A stretch of 64,000 bases of DNA from Myxococcaceae bacterium (lineage in GTDB: Bacteria; Myxococcota; UBA727; JABDBI01). The stretch lies in NCBI GenBank assembly GCA_016000045.1, contig JAECQY010000003.1, forward strand, positions 77,893 to 141,892, in the 5' to 3' direction. The notes beneath the pieces were generated by a model. The model worked only from the letters and a program-made list of their open reading frames with translations, did no database searches and was not told the origin of the DNA. A program made the position numbers and the translations under genes. Positions within the stretch are counted from its first letter, which is position 1; each line of letters opens with the position of its first letter. Positions 26,249-35,531 of the stretch are shown here, piece after piece.

Positions 26249-28249
26249 ATGAATAAGTCTTTTCTTGTCTTCCTTCATGTGTTTTTCATCTGTTCCGTTT
26301 CTCAGGCTGAGCTGGCCGTTCGGCATCCAATTGGTTTTCATGGTGCCTTTAGGACCATCGGCAGTCTGGTTAAGTTGCAAACAAGTCGTTCTCGCTTAAG
26401 TCAAAGTTTGTTTGTGTTTCCCCTTTTGTCGAACATCGCTTCGGTTATCCAAGAAGGAGTTGTGAAGACAGAAGAAATAAACAAAGAGGCGAAGCGGAGG
26501 CAAGATGAGTTCAAAAGTCTCTTGAAGCGCGAAAAAACGTTTGAAGAGCTTGTCAGAGAACGTAAAGAGCGCATCAAAGAGCTAAGGCGGCAGATTGATG
26601 AGGCGCGGCATTCCGTGAAACGAATTGGTGAGGGCCAGTCTGTTGAGGAGATGCAGGCTGAGTTGTATGAGCTTTTGAGAGAACCTGTGAAACTAGGACT
26701 TATGTCAGAATCTGATGATGAAGTTGCAGGTGTATTTGATCCGAAGGCAGGAGACCTTGAGCAACCAATTGTTCTGGGTTTTTATGTTGTGCCAGGAATA
26801 CGGATGGCATCGCACGGGAGCGAACAAAAAGCTTCTGAAAGTGATTTGAATGAAGTCTTAAAAAATGATATAATGCCGTCTCGTACAGGGAAACCACTTG
26901 ATGGAGTGTCATCGTACAAGCCCCAAACAAAAGAATTGCATCTAGGGGAAGAGCCATCCATGGTGCCTATGATTATACATCGTCCTGTCAGTTCAAAACA
27001 TTATGCTCTGTACATAGGTAACGGCCTTGTTGTTCACTACTTTCCTGATGAAAGTGCCTCTAATCTTCGTGAGTTGAGCAAATGGGGATCATCGACGCGT
27101 GTTCGAGTTGACACATTGGTACGATTTCTTGATGGTGAGCAAACTTTTTTTGAGGTTTTAAGTGATCGCCCAAGCAAACCCGAAGAGACTATTGCCCTAG
27201 CTCTTCTAAATCTCGGGCGCGCCAATTGGGGCCTAATCAATGAAAATTGTCATCACCTTGCCTTGTTTTGTGTAAAATACCCAGTCAATGGTCATGAAAA
27301 TGATCCTTATCTCCACAACTCAGTTGATGAAACAATTGTTGGCTCATTTTCCATATTTTTTTGGAGAGCAATTAGCAATTCGATTAATAGAAATGGTAAT
27401 TTTTTAGTTTTTAAGAATGGCTCAGAAAATCCCACTCGTGATCTATTTATTGAGGCTGCAAAAAAAATTATGAAGGCTAGAACAGAGTTGGAAGTAAGAA
27501 ATACTATTGCTGAGTTGCCTAATACAACGACATTACAATGTGAAGGGATGAGACTGACAAAGCCAAAAGGGAAGCGTGAATCTGAGGCAACTTCCAAATC
27601 TCCTGTCTCCGATGTCAAAGTTGAACAATCAACCCCAGCATCAGAAGCGGGATACGTTCCTGTTTCCACAGAACAGCCTTCGATGGCCAATATTGACGTT
27701 TCGCCTCGCTCTCGAAGGCAATCGGGAGCGGGACACGTTCCTGTTTCCGCAGAACAGCCTTCGATGGCCAATATTGACGTTTCGCCTCGCTCTCGAAGGC
27801 AAATTGCCGAAGAACTCTCAAGAAAACCAGTCGCTTTTTCGCAACAGGTTCGTCAACCTGCTACCAATGTGTCTCGATCATTGCGGCACATACAAACCAC
27901 AGGTCTTACTGTAACGTTTGAGGTTGAGCCTTTACCGTTTTCGATGGATCAAATTAGAATAGATGTCAAGCAATGGGAAGATCACTATACCTGTAGTGTA
28001 TCCTGTGGAGGGAAAAAGTATACGCGGACAGAAAGAATACCCAATTATACTTCTGGTTATGTAAAGGTAGGAGAAAGGCCAACTTACAAAACAAAATTAG
28101 AGGGCAAACGCCTTTACATTACTATAGTGCCTGGGCCGCATGTAAACAATGAAACTTCGGTACGCCGTAATGAGGTCGAGCTTGAACTGCGAAGCGCTGG
28201 TGAGCAGATCAAGGGTTTACCAAGGACCATTAAATTGCCGCTTAATTAG
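26249..28249 (+). CDS. Secreted multidomain protein with LRAT/NlpC-P60-like catalytic domain
   Basis: An AGGAG Shine-Dalgarno sequence lies 7 nt upstream. The protein has a signal peptide (FLVFLHVFFICSVSQA) and a charged coiled-coil region. HYALYIGNGLVVHY ... NENCHHLALFC matches the His...NCEHF-type Cys motif pair of the LRAT/H-REV107 family. A 27-aa tandem repeat and a C-terminal beta-rich domain follow. Confidence 0.75.
   Translation: MNKSFLVFLHVFFICSVSQAELAVRHPIGFHGAFRTIGSLVKLQTSRSRLSQSLFVFPLLSNIASVIQEGVVKTEEINKEAKRRQDEFKSLLKREKTFEELVRERKERIKELRRQIDEARHSVKRIGEGQSVEEMQAELYELLREPVKLGLMSESDDEVAGVFDPKAGDLEQPIVLGFYVVPGIRMASHGSEQKASESDLNEVLKNDIMPSRTGKPLDGVSSYKPQTKELHLGEEPSMVPMIIHRPVSSKHYALYIGNGLVVHYFPDESASNLRELSKWGSSTRVRVDTLVRFLDGEQTFFEVLSDRPSKPEETIALALLNLGRANWGLINENCHHLALFCVKYPVNGHENDPYLHNSVDETIVGSFSIFFWRAISNSINRNGNFLVFKNGSENPTRDLFIEAAKKIMKARTELEVRNTIAELPNTTTLQCEGMRLTKPKGKRESEATSKSPVSDVKVEQSTPASEAGYVPVSTEQPSMANIDVSPRSRRQSGAGHVPVSAEQPSMANIDVSPRSRRQIAEELSRKPVAFSQQVRQPATNVSRSLRHIQTTGLTVTFEVEPLPFSMDQIRIDVKQWEDHYTCSVSCGGKKYTRTERIPNYTSGYVKVGERPTYKTKLEGKRLYITIVPGPHVNNETSVRRNEVELELRSAGEQIKGLPRTIKLPLN
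27647..27803 (+). repeat. Two tandem copies of an 81-bp (27-aa) unit inside the LRAT-like gene
   Basis: gcgggaYacgttcctgtttccRcagaacagccttcgatggccaatattgacgtttcgcctcgctctcgaaggcaa starts at 27647 and again at 27728. I saw only two mismatches by eye. Confidence 0.9.
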
Positions 28250-28457
28250 GTATTAACGGTTTCGACATGGGCATTGTTCATTGTGTGATGGCGGGCTCTC
28301 CCTGAGAGAGCAAACATGCTTCAAACGCTTGTGAGAAGGCTTGTAAAGCGGGATTACGTGTATTTGACTAGATAACTCAGCCTTGGATGATAGGACGGCA
28401 AGAACAAAAGTTTTGCTGAGACTGTAAAATAGTTTGTGTAACTGGTCGTGTTATTGA

Positions 28458-29290
28458 TCAAACCGACACTCGATCCCCGGATATCATCTGAAGCGAGCCC
28501 AGTATCACTGGCCTGTCTCGCTTGTTTCTGAAAAAGTCTTTTAAACCAATTTTGAGCGCCTCGTCTGTAGGAAAAAAGCCCTTGGCTTTAGTCACTTTTC
28601 GAAATGGACGATGCAGCGCTTCCACAGCATTGGTCGTATCAATCATCTTACGGATTTCCTCCCGGAAACAAAGCATGTGGAAAGGTGAGCCAATTATCTC
28701 GCCATCCCTTGACTGCACTTCTTGATTTGTCATCCACTTGGTCTCTAGATTTCCAGAGCCGCTTCAGCAAGTTCACGAGAGGAAGCCCCCGGTAGACACA
28801 CTTTAGATCGGCTACAAACTTTTTCTGGCAACGTGAAGCCAGGTATTTGGGGCTGCTGCGGATTGGGTAAACGATGCAAAGCTGAACCAGAAGTGAGGCC
28901 CTCCGCCTCAGACAGCCATAATCCCAATACATCGACTTTTCACTGAGGATTGATTCCGATCACGCTCTTTGGAGACCACTTTCAAATCCATTCTAATTTT
29001 GTAGTGAACGGCATCTCTGAAAAGAACCGCATAGACATCATCTAGGGGGTGCCTTGCCATTCCTGAATGCCCTCAAACACTTTATCCGTAATTTTTGAGA
29101 TGAGCGCGGACGAAACGTCGACTCCCTGAAAGCTTTCAAGCTGAGATTAAATATCTCAAACACTCATGCCCCGAGCATACATACCTGTAATCTATTCTTC
29201 CAAAGTAGCATCCGTCTTCTCATAGGGCCTGGGCTTCAAAGTCTTTTCATGAGGTGAATATCCCACATGATGTTCTTGCTCTACCTAAAG
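28458..29290 (-). pseudogene. IS256-family (mutator-type) transposase remnant, multiple frameshifts
   Basis: Minus-strand fragments in different frames: GMYARGMSV..ISKITDKVFEGIQEWQ, LVQLCIVYPIRSS..KKFVADLK, ELAEAALE, KGWRDNWL and IDTTNAVEALHRPFRKVTKAKGFFPTDEAL. These are collinear with the IS256 transposase as I recall it. Confidence 0.7.
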
Positions 29291-29299
29291 AACCTGAAT

Positions 29300-29560
29300 C
29301 CCCTTTATTTTTCCACACATTAAGCATCAAAAAAGGTCATACGAGCAAAGCCCTTGGCATGAGATAAACGAAACGGGAATAAGAAATCAAGTTCGGAAAT
29401 TCTGAACGCAAATGTCGACCGACATAGTCCAAGTACTAGGTCTTAAAATTGCGATATCCTGAGTTCTGAAACAGAATAAGGATTGCCATTATCTGGGTGA
29501 GGGATAGTTCTCCTAGACGTCGACGGATTTTCATTGCATTTCATATCCCCAGTTGTTTCT
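29300..29560 (-). pseudogene. IS982-family transposase N-terminal fragment
   Basis: The minus-strand translation LTQIMAILILFQNSGYRNFKT.YLDYVGRHLRSEFPNLISYSRFVYLMPRAL matches the conserved IS982 N-terminus. It is cut off by the IS256 remnant. Boundaries are approximate. Confidence 0.5.
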
Positions 29561-29729
29561 CAAAATCTTCTGGAAGGGCCTGAAAAAATCGCCAACAATG
29601 CAAAATATTTCTGTCATCTTGTTTTCTCCTGTGTTGAGTGAGAAAAGCAGGATGATCTTTAAAAACTCCAATGTGAAGAAAAAATCTTTTATTTTTAGCC
29701 TGTTGAGAATCTCTTAAACGAAACTCAGG

Positions 29730-29987
29730 TTAATCTAATAAAAGCTTAAAGAACAGATCCCCAGCTCGATCGACTTTCAGGTCCGAAATGGATTTGAGGC
29801 TTTGAATGAGCTGCATCAGAGCCCGACCCGACTGAGATCGAACCGCTTGGGATCGCATGACAAACTCTGAATCACAGACCGGGCAACAGATTTCGCCTTG
29901 ATCCAATCGTTCGATATAGTCTTTCTCTGTATCGAACAGTCCTTCAAAGCGGTGCCCTGCCTCACATTCAAGCTTTAAGTCATACAT
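29730..29987 (-). CDS. DUF1178-like zinc-ribbon protein
   Basis: MYDLKLECEAGHRFEGLFDTEKDY....CPVCDS resembles the DUF1178 N-terminus. Confidence 0.55.
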   Translation of the reverse strand: MYDLKLECEAGHRFEGLFDTEKDYIERLDQGEICCPVCDSEFVMRSQAVRSQSGRALMQLIQSLKSISDLKVDRAGDLFFKLLLD

Positions 29988-29993
29988 GTGTCA

Positions 29994-31820
29994 TTAGTTA
30001 TGCTTCTCAGCCCGTTTTCGGTCATTTTCTTTTAAATAAATCTTTCGAAATCGAAAATGATTCGGAGTGACTTCAACCAGTTCATCGTCTTCAATGTAAT
30101 CGATCGCTTGTTCCAGCGTTAACTTTCGTGCCGGAGTCAAAACAATATTTTCATCTTTACCCGCTGCTCGCATATTGGTTAACGCTTTTTCTCGGGTAAT
30201 ATTGACTGGAATATCATTATCTCGACAATGTTCGCCAACAATCATTCCTTCATAGGTATCTTCATTCGACTCCACCAATAAGACGCCTCTTTCTTGCAAT
30301 GAAAAGCAAGCATAAGGAGTCACTCGACCTTGATTCATGGAAATCATGACACCGTTTTTACGTTTGGGAATCTCACCCTTCCAAGGAACAAAATCTTCAA
30401 AAATATTGGTCAGAATTCCTTCCCCCCGCGTCATGGTTAGAAAGTCGTGCCTGAACCCCATGAGGCCTCGAGTAGGAATCAAAAACTCCATTCGGGTAAT
30501 CTTGTGTTCGTTGGTATCAAAACTTTGCATCTCTCCTTTACGCTTCGCTAAAGCATCGATCACGGCCCCTGAATTCTCTTCCGGAACTTCAACGTAGACG
30601 CGTTCCAAGGCTTCATGCAAAATTCCGTTGATTTGCTTGGTAATCACTTTTGGTTTGGATATGCAAAATTCGTAGCTTTCTCGACGCATTGCTTCAATCA
30701 AAACGGCTAAGTGCAACTCTCCTCGCCCAGACACCCGCATGCTTTCTTGCGAATCTGGCAGTTCTTCAATTCGAAGCGTAATATTGGCCTTCTTTTCCTT
30801 ATTCAAACGATCCCGAATCTTGTTCATGGTGATATTTTTGCCATCTTGTCCAGCAAAAGGGCCTGAATTCACCATAAAGTTAACCGAGATGGTCGGCTCT
30901 TCGACTCGCAAAGCCGGCAAAACTTGAACATGGTCTGGATCGGATAGAGTATCTCCAATCAAAACATCGGGAACCCCATAGAGATTCACGATATCGCCAG
31001 CACCTGCTTCTTCTATGTCCACTTGCTGGATTCCATGATAGCCTTTGATTCGAGTCAGTCGAAGCGTCTTTTGCTCACCTTGAGCAGTCACGTGTGTGAC
31101 AGCCGTTCCCTTTCGAACGGTTCCATGCAGAATACGCCCACAAGCTCCACGGCCTAAATATTCATCGTAGGGAGCCGTCGCCACTTGCATCAAAAAGGGT
31201 TTATCCAATTCACCGCCCGGAGCTGGAACTGCATCCACAATGAGCTGAAGCAAAGGCGCCAAGCTGTCCCTGGGATCGTCTAAAGACTTGCAAGCATAGC
31301 CTGATAAACCAGACGCATAGATATACGGAAAGTTTAATTGCTCATCGTTTGCCGAGAGTTCGACAAATAAATCAAAAGTCTCACTCAAAACACGGTCTGG
31401 ATCCGCATGCGGGCGATCGACTTTGTTAATAATCACCAAAGGACGCAATCCTCGTTTCAGCGCCTGACTCAAGACGTAACGTGTTTGCGGCATAGGACCC
31501 TCTCGCGCATCCACCAATAAGAGCACAGAGTTCACCATATCCAAGACTCGTTCAACCTCGCCTGAGAAATCGGCGTGTCCCGGTGTATCGATAATATTGA
31601 CTTTATAATCGCCAAAGGAAATCGAGCAATGTTTTGCAAAAATCGTAATCCCGCGCTCTCGTTCTTGGTCATAGGAATCCATGACGCGCTCCGGTACCGC
31701 TTGATTCTCTCGAAATACTGCGGACTGCTTTAAAAGCCCATCCAAAAGGGTTGTCTTTCCATGGTCAATATGAGCAATGATCGCAACATTGCGAATTTTA
31801 TCCGGAGTTATTTGGGTCAT
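29994..31820 (-). CDS. typA: Translational GTPase TypA/BipA
   Basis: Has the GTPase motifs [17 protein letters not shown] and NKVD. At 608 aa it is collinear with BipA. Confidence 0.95.
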   Translation of the reverse strand: MTQITPDKIRNVAIIAHIDHGKTTLLDGLLKQSAVFRENQAVPERVMDSYDQERERGITIFAKHCSISFGDYKVNIIDTPGHADFSGEVERVLDMVNSVLLLVDAREGPMPQTRYVLSQALKRGLRPLVIINKVDRPHADPDRVLSETFDLFVELSANDEQLNFPYIYASGLSGYACKSLDDPRDSLAPLLQLIVDAVPAPGGELDKPFLMQVATAPYDEYLGRGACGRILHGTVRKGTAVTHVTAQGEQKTLRLTRIKGYHGIQQVDIEEAGAGDIVNLYGVPDVLIGDTLSDPDHVQVLPALRVEEPTISVNFMVNSGPFAGQDGKNITMNKIRDRLNKEKKANITLRIEELPDSQESMRVSGRGELHLAVLIEAMRRESYEFCISKPKVITKQINGILHEALERVYVEVPEENSGAVIDALAKRKGEMQSFDTNEHKITRMEFLIPTRGLMGFRHDFLTMTRGEGILTNIFEDFVPWKGEIPKRKNGVMISMNQGRVTPYACFSLQERGVLLVESNEDTYEGMIVGEHCRDNDIPVNITREKALTNMRAAGKDENIVLTPARKLTLEQAIDYIEDDELVEVTPNHFRFRKIYLKENDRKRAEKHN

Positions 31821-31954
31821 AGAAGCGGCACCCTAACAAAATGGCGCAGTTATGCAATGCGCTACTGATGAAATCAGGGCAACCGTAAAGTCGTCGTAGT
31901 CGCCTTTATTGCGGAGCAGGAGCGGGAATGGCCGATGGGGGCTTTAGCTATCTT

Positions 31955-33106
31955 CTACTTTGCTGATTCTTTCAGAACCTCTACGGCCACATGAAATAGT
32001 TTTGAGCTCAGCACACGGCTAAACTCTAGCAAACGATTTCGCTGATCCGCTGAGAATACATTGCTTTTCAACAAACGCTCCCACTCTTCTTCCGAGATAC
32101 TTCGAGATTGATTTTCCAAATTTAGGATGAGGCTGCTCAAATTCCGTATTTTTTTATCCTGATCGTAAGCAAGAGCTTGCTTACGAATAATCGTTTCCGC
32201 TAAAAGAGCTTTGCCTTTGCGCTCATTCAGATTTTCTGAGACCACCTGAGATAAATCATCAATATTATACAAATAAACGCCATCAATTTGAACAATATCT
32301 GGGTCAATATTGCGCGGCACACCAATATCAATCACAAAAAGTGGACGATAGCGGCGTAGCCTCATGATGGAACGCAGTGCGTTTGCTGTGACTAAATAAG
32401 CCTGGGTCGTAGCAGAAGCAACGAGTAAATCCGGTTCGAGAAGATCTTGCTGCAGCGAAAAATCGGTTCCGACGGATTGGATCTGCGTCCCTTTTTCTTT
32501 GAAATGAGAAGCCGCTAACGAGCCCATTTCCCCACGTCCTAAGAGCAAGCACTTGAGAGAACTTAAATCTCCAAATACTTTCTCAGCCAGCTGAACTGCA
32601 GCATAAGAAACTGTGACTGGATTTTTGCCCAACTCTGTTTGAAAGCGAATCTTTTTGGCAGCATGAAAAGCTTGGGAAAATACCCGGGTTAGTTTGGGTC
32701 CGGCAGTCCCACTTTCTTGAGCCCTTTTAAACGCCGATTTGACCTGCCCAAGGATTTGCGGTTCTCCAATCACCAGCGAATCCAGCGAAGAAGCGACTCG
32801 CATCAACTGAGTAAAAGCGTGTTGACCTTGATAGCAGTACCAATGCGGCGCCAATATTTGAGCTGGTATTCGGTGGTAGTCCGTCACAAAATCTTGTAAG
32901 GCTGCTTCGGCAAAATCTTTGTGACCTTGAGCGTAGATTTCAATGCGATTGCATGTGCTCACAATCGCAGCCTCATCAACATACTCGGAAGCGACAGCTT
33001 GCAACAAAGCCTCGTTTAAGCGTTCACTGGAAAAAGAAAGCCGCTCTCGAAGTTCCACCGGGGTTTTTTGGTGATTAATTCCTAAACACAGAAAGTCAGA
33101 GCCCAT
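31955..33106 (-). CDS. hemA: Glutamyl-tRNA reductase
   Basis: LGINHQKTPVELRERLSF and the active-site STCNRIEIY, plus the NADPH motif LLGRGEMG. Confidence 0.9.
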   Translation of the reverse strand: MGSDFLCLGINHQKTPVELRERLSFSSERLNEALLQAVASEYVDEAAIVSTCNRIEIYAQGHKDFAEAALQDFVTDYHRIPAQILAPHWYCYQGQHAFTQLMRVASSLDSLVIGEPQILGQVKSAFKRAQESGTAGPKLTRVFSQAFHAAKKIRFQTELGKNPVTVSYAAVQLAEKVFGDLSSLKCLLLGRGEMGSLAASHFKEKGTQIQSVGTDFSLQQDLLEPDLLVASATTQAYLVTANALRSIMRLRRYRPLFVIDIGVPRNIDPDIVQIDGVYLYNIDDLSQVVSENLNERKGKALLAETIIRKQALAYDQDKKIRNLSSLILNLENQSRSISEEEWERLLKSNVFSADQRNRLLEFSRVLSSKLFHVAVEVLKESAK

Positions 33107-33584
33107 AATGCTGGCTCCAATGAAAATAATTCAAAAGGAAAAAACCGAGAAGCATGGCCATACTTCCAGATAAACTGACAAAAACCGCTTTTCGTCCACG
33201 CCAACCAGCCTGCCAACGAGCCAATAAGACGAAAGCAAAGAGTAGCCATACGCAAACGGACCAAAGCTGGCGCGGATCGAGGTACCAATATGGTCCCCAG
33301 GTCTGATAGGCCAATATCGAGCCTGCAAACATTCCCAATGTCATCAAAACAAACGCCACAAACAATAGAAAAAGCCCGAACTGATCCATCTTGTGAAGCG
33401 AAGGCAATGAACCGATTCGCTTTTTACGCTTCAGGTTTGCATCTTGCCTCAAATACAAAATCGAGATGAGCGCCGAGAGCACCAAAAACACATCGGAAGC
33501 AAGCGATGAAAGGAGGTGTATCCAAAGCAAATGGGCCTCACAACAAAGCAAACGCCACCTCCGCAGCATGCAGAGTTTTAGCAA
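33096..33584 (-). CDS. Cytochrome c assembly (CcsA/HemX-like) family protein, unusually short
   Basis: Carries the Trp-rich motif WGPYWYLDPRQLWS (WGxxWxWDPKE type) and TM helices. It is only ~160 aa, and its start overlaps the hemL 3-prime end. Confidence 0.6.
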   Translation of the reverse strand: MLKLCMLRRWRLLCCEAHLLWIHLLSSLASDVFLVLSALISILYLRQDANLKRKKRIGSLPSLHKMDQFGLFLLFVAFVLMTLGMFAGSILAYQTWGPYWYLDPRQLWSVCVWLLFAFVLLARWQAGWRGRKAVFVSLSGSMAMLLGFFLLNYFHWSQHYGL

Positions 33585-34833
33585 TATCTTCCTTCGTGTG
33601 AGCAGAGCTCATGAAACCTGCTTCATACGCACTTGGAGCGAAATAGACACCTCGCTTCAACATCTGATGAAAAAACTGAGCATATCGCACAGGATCCACA
33701 TAGCGCTTCGCTTCTTCATAGTTGGTCACTCGACCCGGCTCTTTTAAAAAGTAGATGCCAAACAGGGTGCCGATCGAACTGATTTGAACCAAGATCCCTC
33801 GCCGACTTGCAAGTTCATTCAAGCCCTCTACGAATTCACGACAAAGCTGAGAAGTGTATTCAAATCTTCCCTCCGATAACCAAGCTCTCAGAGTGGATAA
33901 ACCAGCAGCCATGCCAAGGGGATTTCCAGAAAGCGTACCCGCTTGATACATATTTCCAACAGGAGCCACCTGCTCCATAATCTCCTGACGAGCACCATAC
34001 GCTGCCACGGGCAAGCCCCCACCAATCACCTTACCCAAACACGTAATATCCGCTTGAACATCGAAATGGGTTTGAGCCCCTGGAATCGCTGCACGAAATC
34101 CAGTCATCACTTCGTCTATAATCAGTAAAGCTCCGTGCTCATCGCAAAGCCGGCGTAAGCCACTTAAAAAATCATGCTGAGGCAACACCAAACCCATATT
34201 GCCCGCAACCGGTTCAACGATGATGCCAGCTATCTGACCTGGATGCGCTTCAAACAAAGTTTCAACGGATTTCAAATGATTGTATTGAGCAACCAAGGTG
34301 TCTTGAACCGAATGCAGGGTCACTCCAGAGCAAGCCGATAGGCTTAAGGTCGCCAGACCGCTACCGGCTTGCGCCAACAACATATCTGCATGCCCGTGAT
34401 AATTCCCCGAAAATTTGATGATTTTATCTCGTCGAGTAAAAGCACGAGCCAGTCGGATGGCGCTCATCGTTGCTTCGGTGCCACTGTTGACAAAGCGAAC
34501 TTGATCCATCGAAGAGAAAAGGGACACCAGCAATGCCGCCAATTCCGTCTCTGCTCGAGTGGGGGCACCAAAACTGGTGCCATTTTGCGCCGACTGAACA
34601 ACGGATTCGACCACCGTAGGAAAAGCATGACCTAAGACCAAAGGCCCCCAGGAAAGGACGTAATCTACATATTGATTGCCTTCCACATCAATCAAAAAAG
34701 CCCCTTGACCCTTTTCAATAAATATCGGTGTTCCACCCACTGAGTGAAAGGCTCTGACAGGACTATTCACTCCACCTGGAATCAGGCTTTGAGCTTGCTC
34801 AAAGCAGCGCTCGTTGGTTAACCGATCATTCAT
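33538..34833 (-). CDS. hemL: Glutamate-1-semialdehyde 2,1-aminomutase
   Basis: GGVNSPVRAF near the N-terminus, the PLP lysine context CLGKVIGGG, and a length of 431 aa. Confidence 0.95.
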   Translation of the reverse strand: MNDRLTNERCFEQAQSLIPGGVNSPVRAFHSVGGTPIFIEKGQGAFLIDVEGNQYVDYVLSWGPLVLGHAFPTVVESVVQSAQNGTSFGAPTRAETELAALLVSLFSSMDQVRFVNSGTEATMSAIRLARAFTRRDKIIKFSGNYHGHADMLLAQAGSGLATLSLSACSGVTLHSVQDTLVAQYNHLKSVETLFEAHPGQIAGIIVEPVAGNMGLVLPQHDFLSGLRRLCDEHGALLIIDEVMTGFRAAIPGAQTHFDVQADITCLGKVIGGGLPVAAYGARQEIMEQVAPVGNMYQAGTLSGNPLGMAAGLSTLRAWLSEGRFEYTSQLCREFVEGLNELASRRGILVQISSIGTLFGIYFLKEPGRVTNYEEAKRYVDPVRYAQFFHQMLKRGVYFAPSAYEAGFMSSAHTKEDIAKTLHAAEVAFALL

Positions 34834-35518
34834 TAGTTGGCTCCCATTTGGCTAAATTCCAGGCGCTATTAAAAAATTGCCATTCATAGCGAACTGCTAA
34901 AGCATAAGCTTCTAACATTCGATCCCATACAGACAAATCGACTTTCAGAGCCTCTTGATTCATGATCGCCCGAATCTCTTGAACACTGTTCTTGAAATCG
35001 GATGAAGACCAAGCATCCATCCACGACTGATAGGGATTATCGCTCACAGGATGCTGAAGCATCCAATCCGCCACTCGTTCGTAAACAGTGTAACAAGGTG
35101 TCATTGCGGAAAGTCCAACTGCAAAAGAAAAGAAAGCCGAAGATAGCTCAAAATCCGAATAGGCTTGGCAGCTAGGACATTGTTGCGAATCATGTTCGCT
35201 TCCCGTCGCGCCGTATTCAAGAGAATCGATCGCCGCTTTCGTTAAAAATTTCTTAACGGTTACATTGTGCGTGCGAATCGACAAAGCCGAGAGAACGTCT
35301 GCGTAACGGGTGCTGTAAAGTCGATCTTGTTGTTTGTAGTAGCGGTAATTTTCAACTTTAAGAGTTCCATTTGCCAGAGTTTGAACGAAAGGATGGTTTA
35401 AAATGCGAATCAACAAAGGCTCTGTTCTTTGGTCTGCAAGATCCATAAAATTCGACCCAAAAGCACTGAAAGCCATCAAGCTGAATAACCATGCGCAACG
35501 GGTAGAGCTTAATTTCAT
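34826..35518 (-). CDS. tenA: TenA/thiaminase-II family protein with hydrophobic N-terminus
   Basis: HPFVQTLANGTLKVENYRYYKQQD is TenA-like, and the gene is in thiamine-gene context. The first ~20 aa look like a signal peptide (CAWLFSLMAFSAFG). Confidence 0.65.
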   Translation of the reverse strand: MKLSSTRCAWLFSLMAFSAFGSNFMDLADQRTEPLLIRILNHPFVQTLANGTLKVENYRYYKQQDRLYSTRYADVLSALSIRTHNVTVKKFLTKAAIDSLEYGATGSEHDSQQCPSCQAYSDFELSSAFFSFAVGLSAMTPCYTVYERVADWMLQHPVSDNPYQSWMDAWSSSDFKNSVQEIRAIMNQEALKVDLSVWDRMLEAYALAVRYEWQFFNSAWNLAKWEPTNE

Positions 35519-35531
35519 GCCAATCTTCCCT

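Noticed and set aside
27647-27803. The tandem 81-bp repeat considered as a CRISPR-like or other array.
   Set aside because: There are only two directly abutting copies with no spacers. They are in frame within a CDS. No other regularly spaced repeats were seen in the window.
28250-28330. The hairpin gctctc-cctga-gagagc after the LRAT-like gene considered as an intrinsic terminator.
   Set aside because: The stem is short and no T-run follows it.
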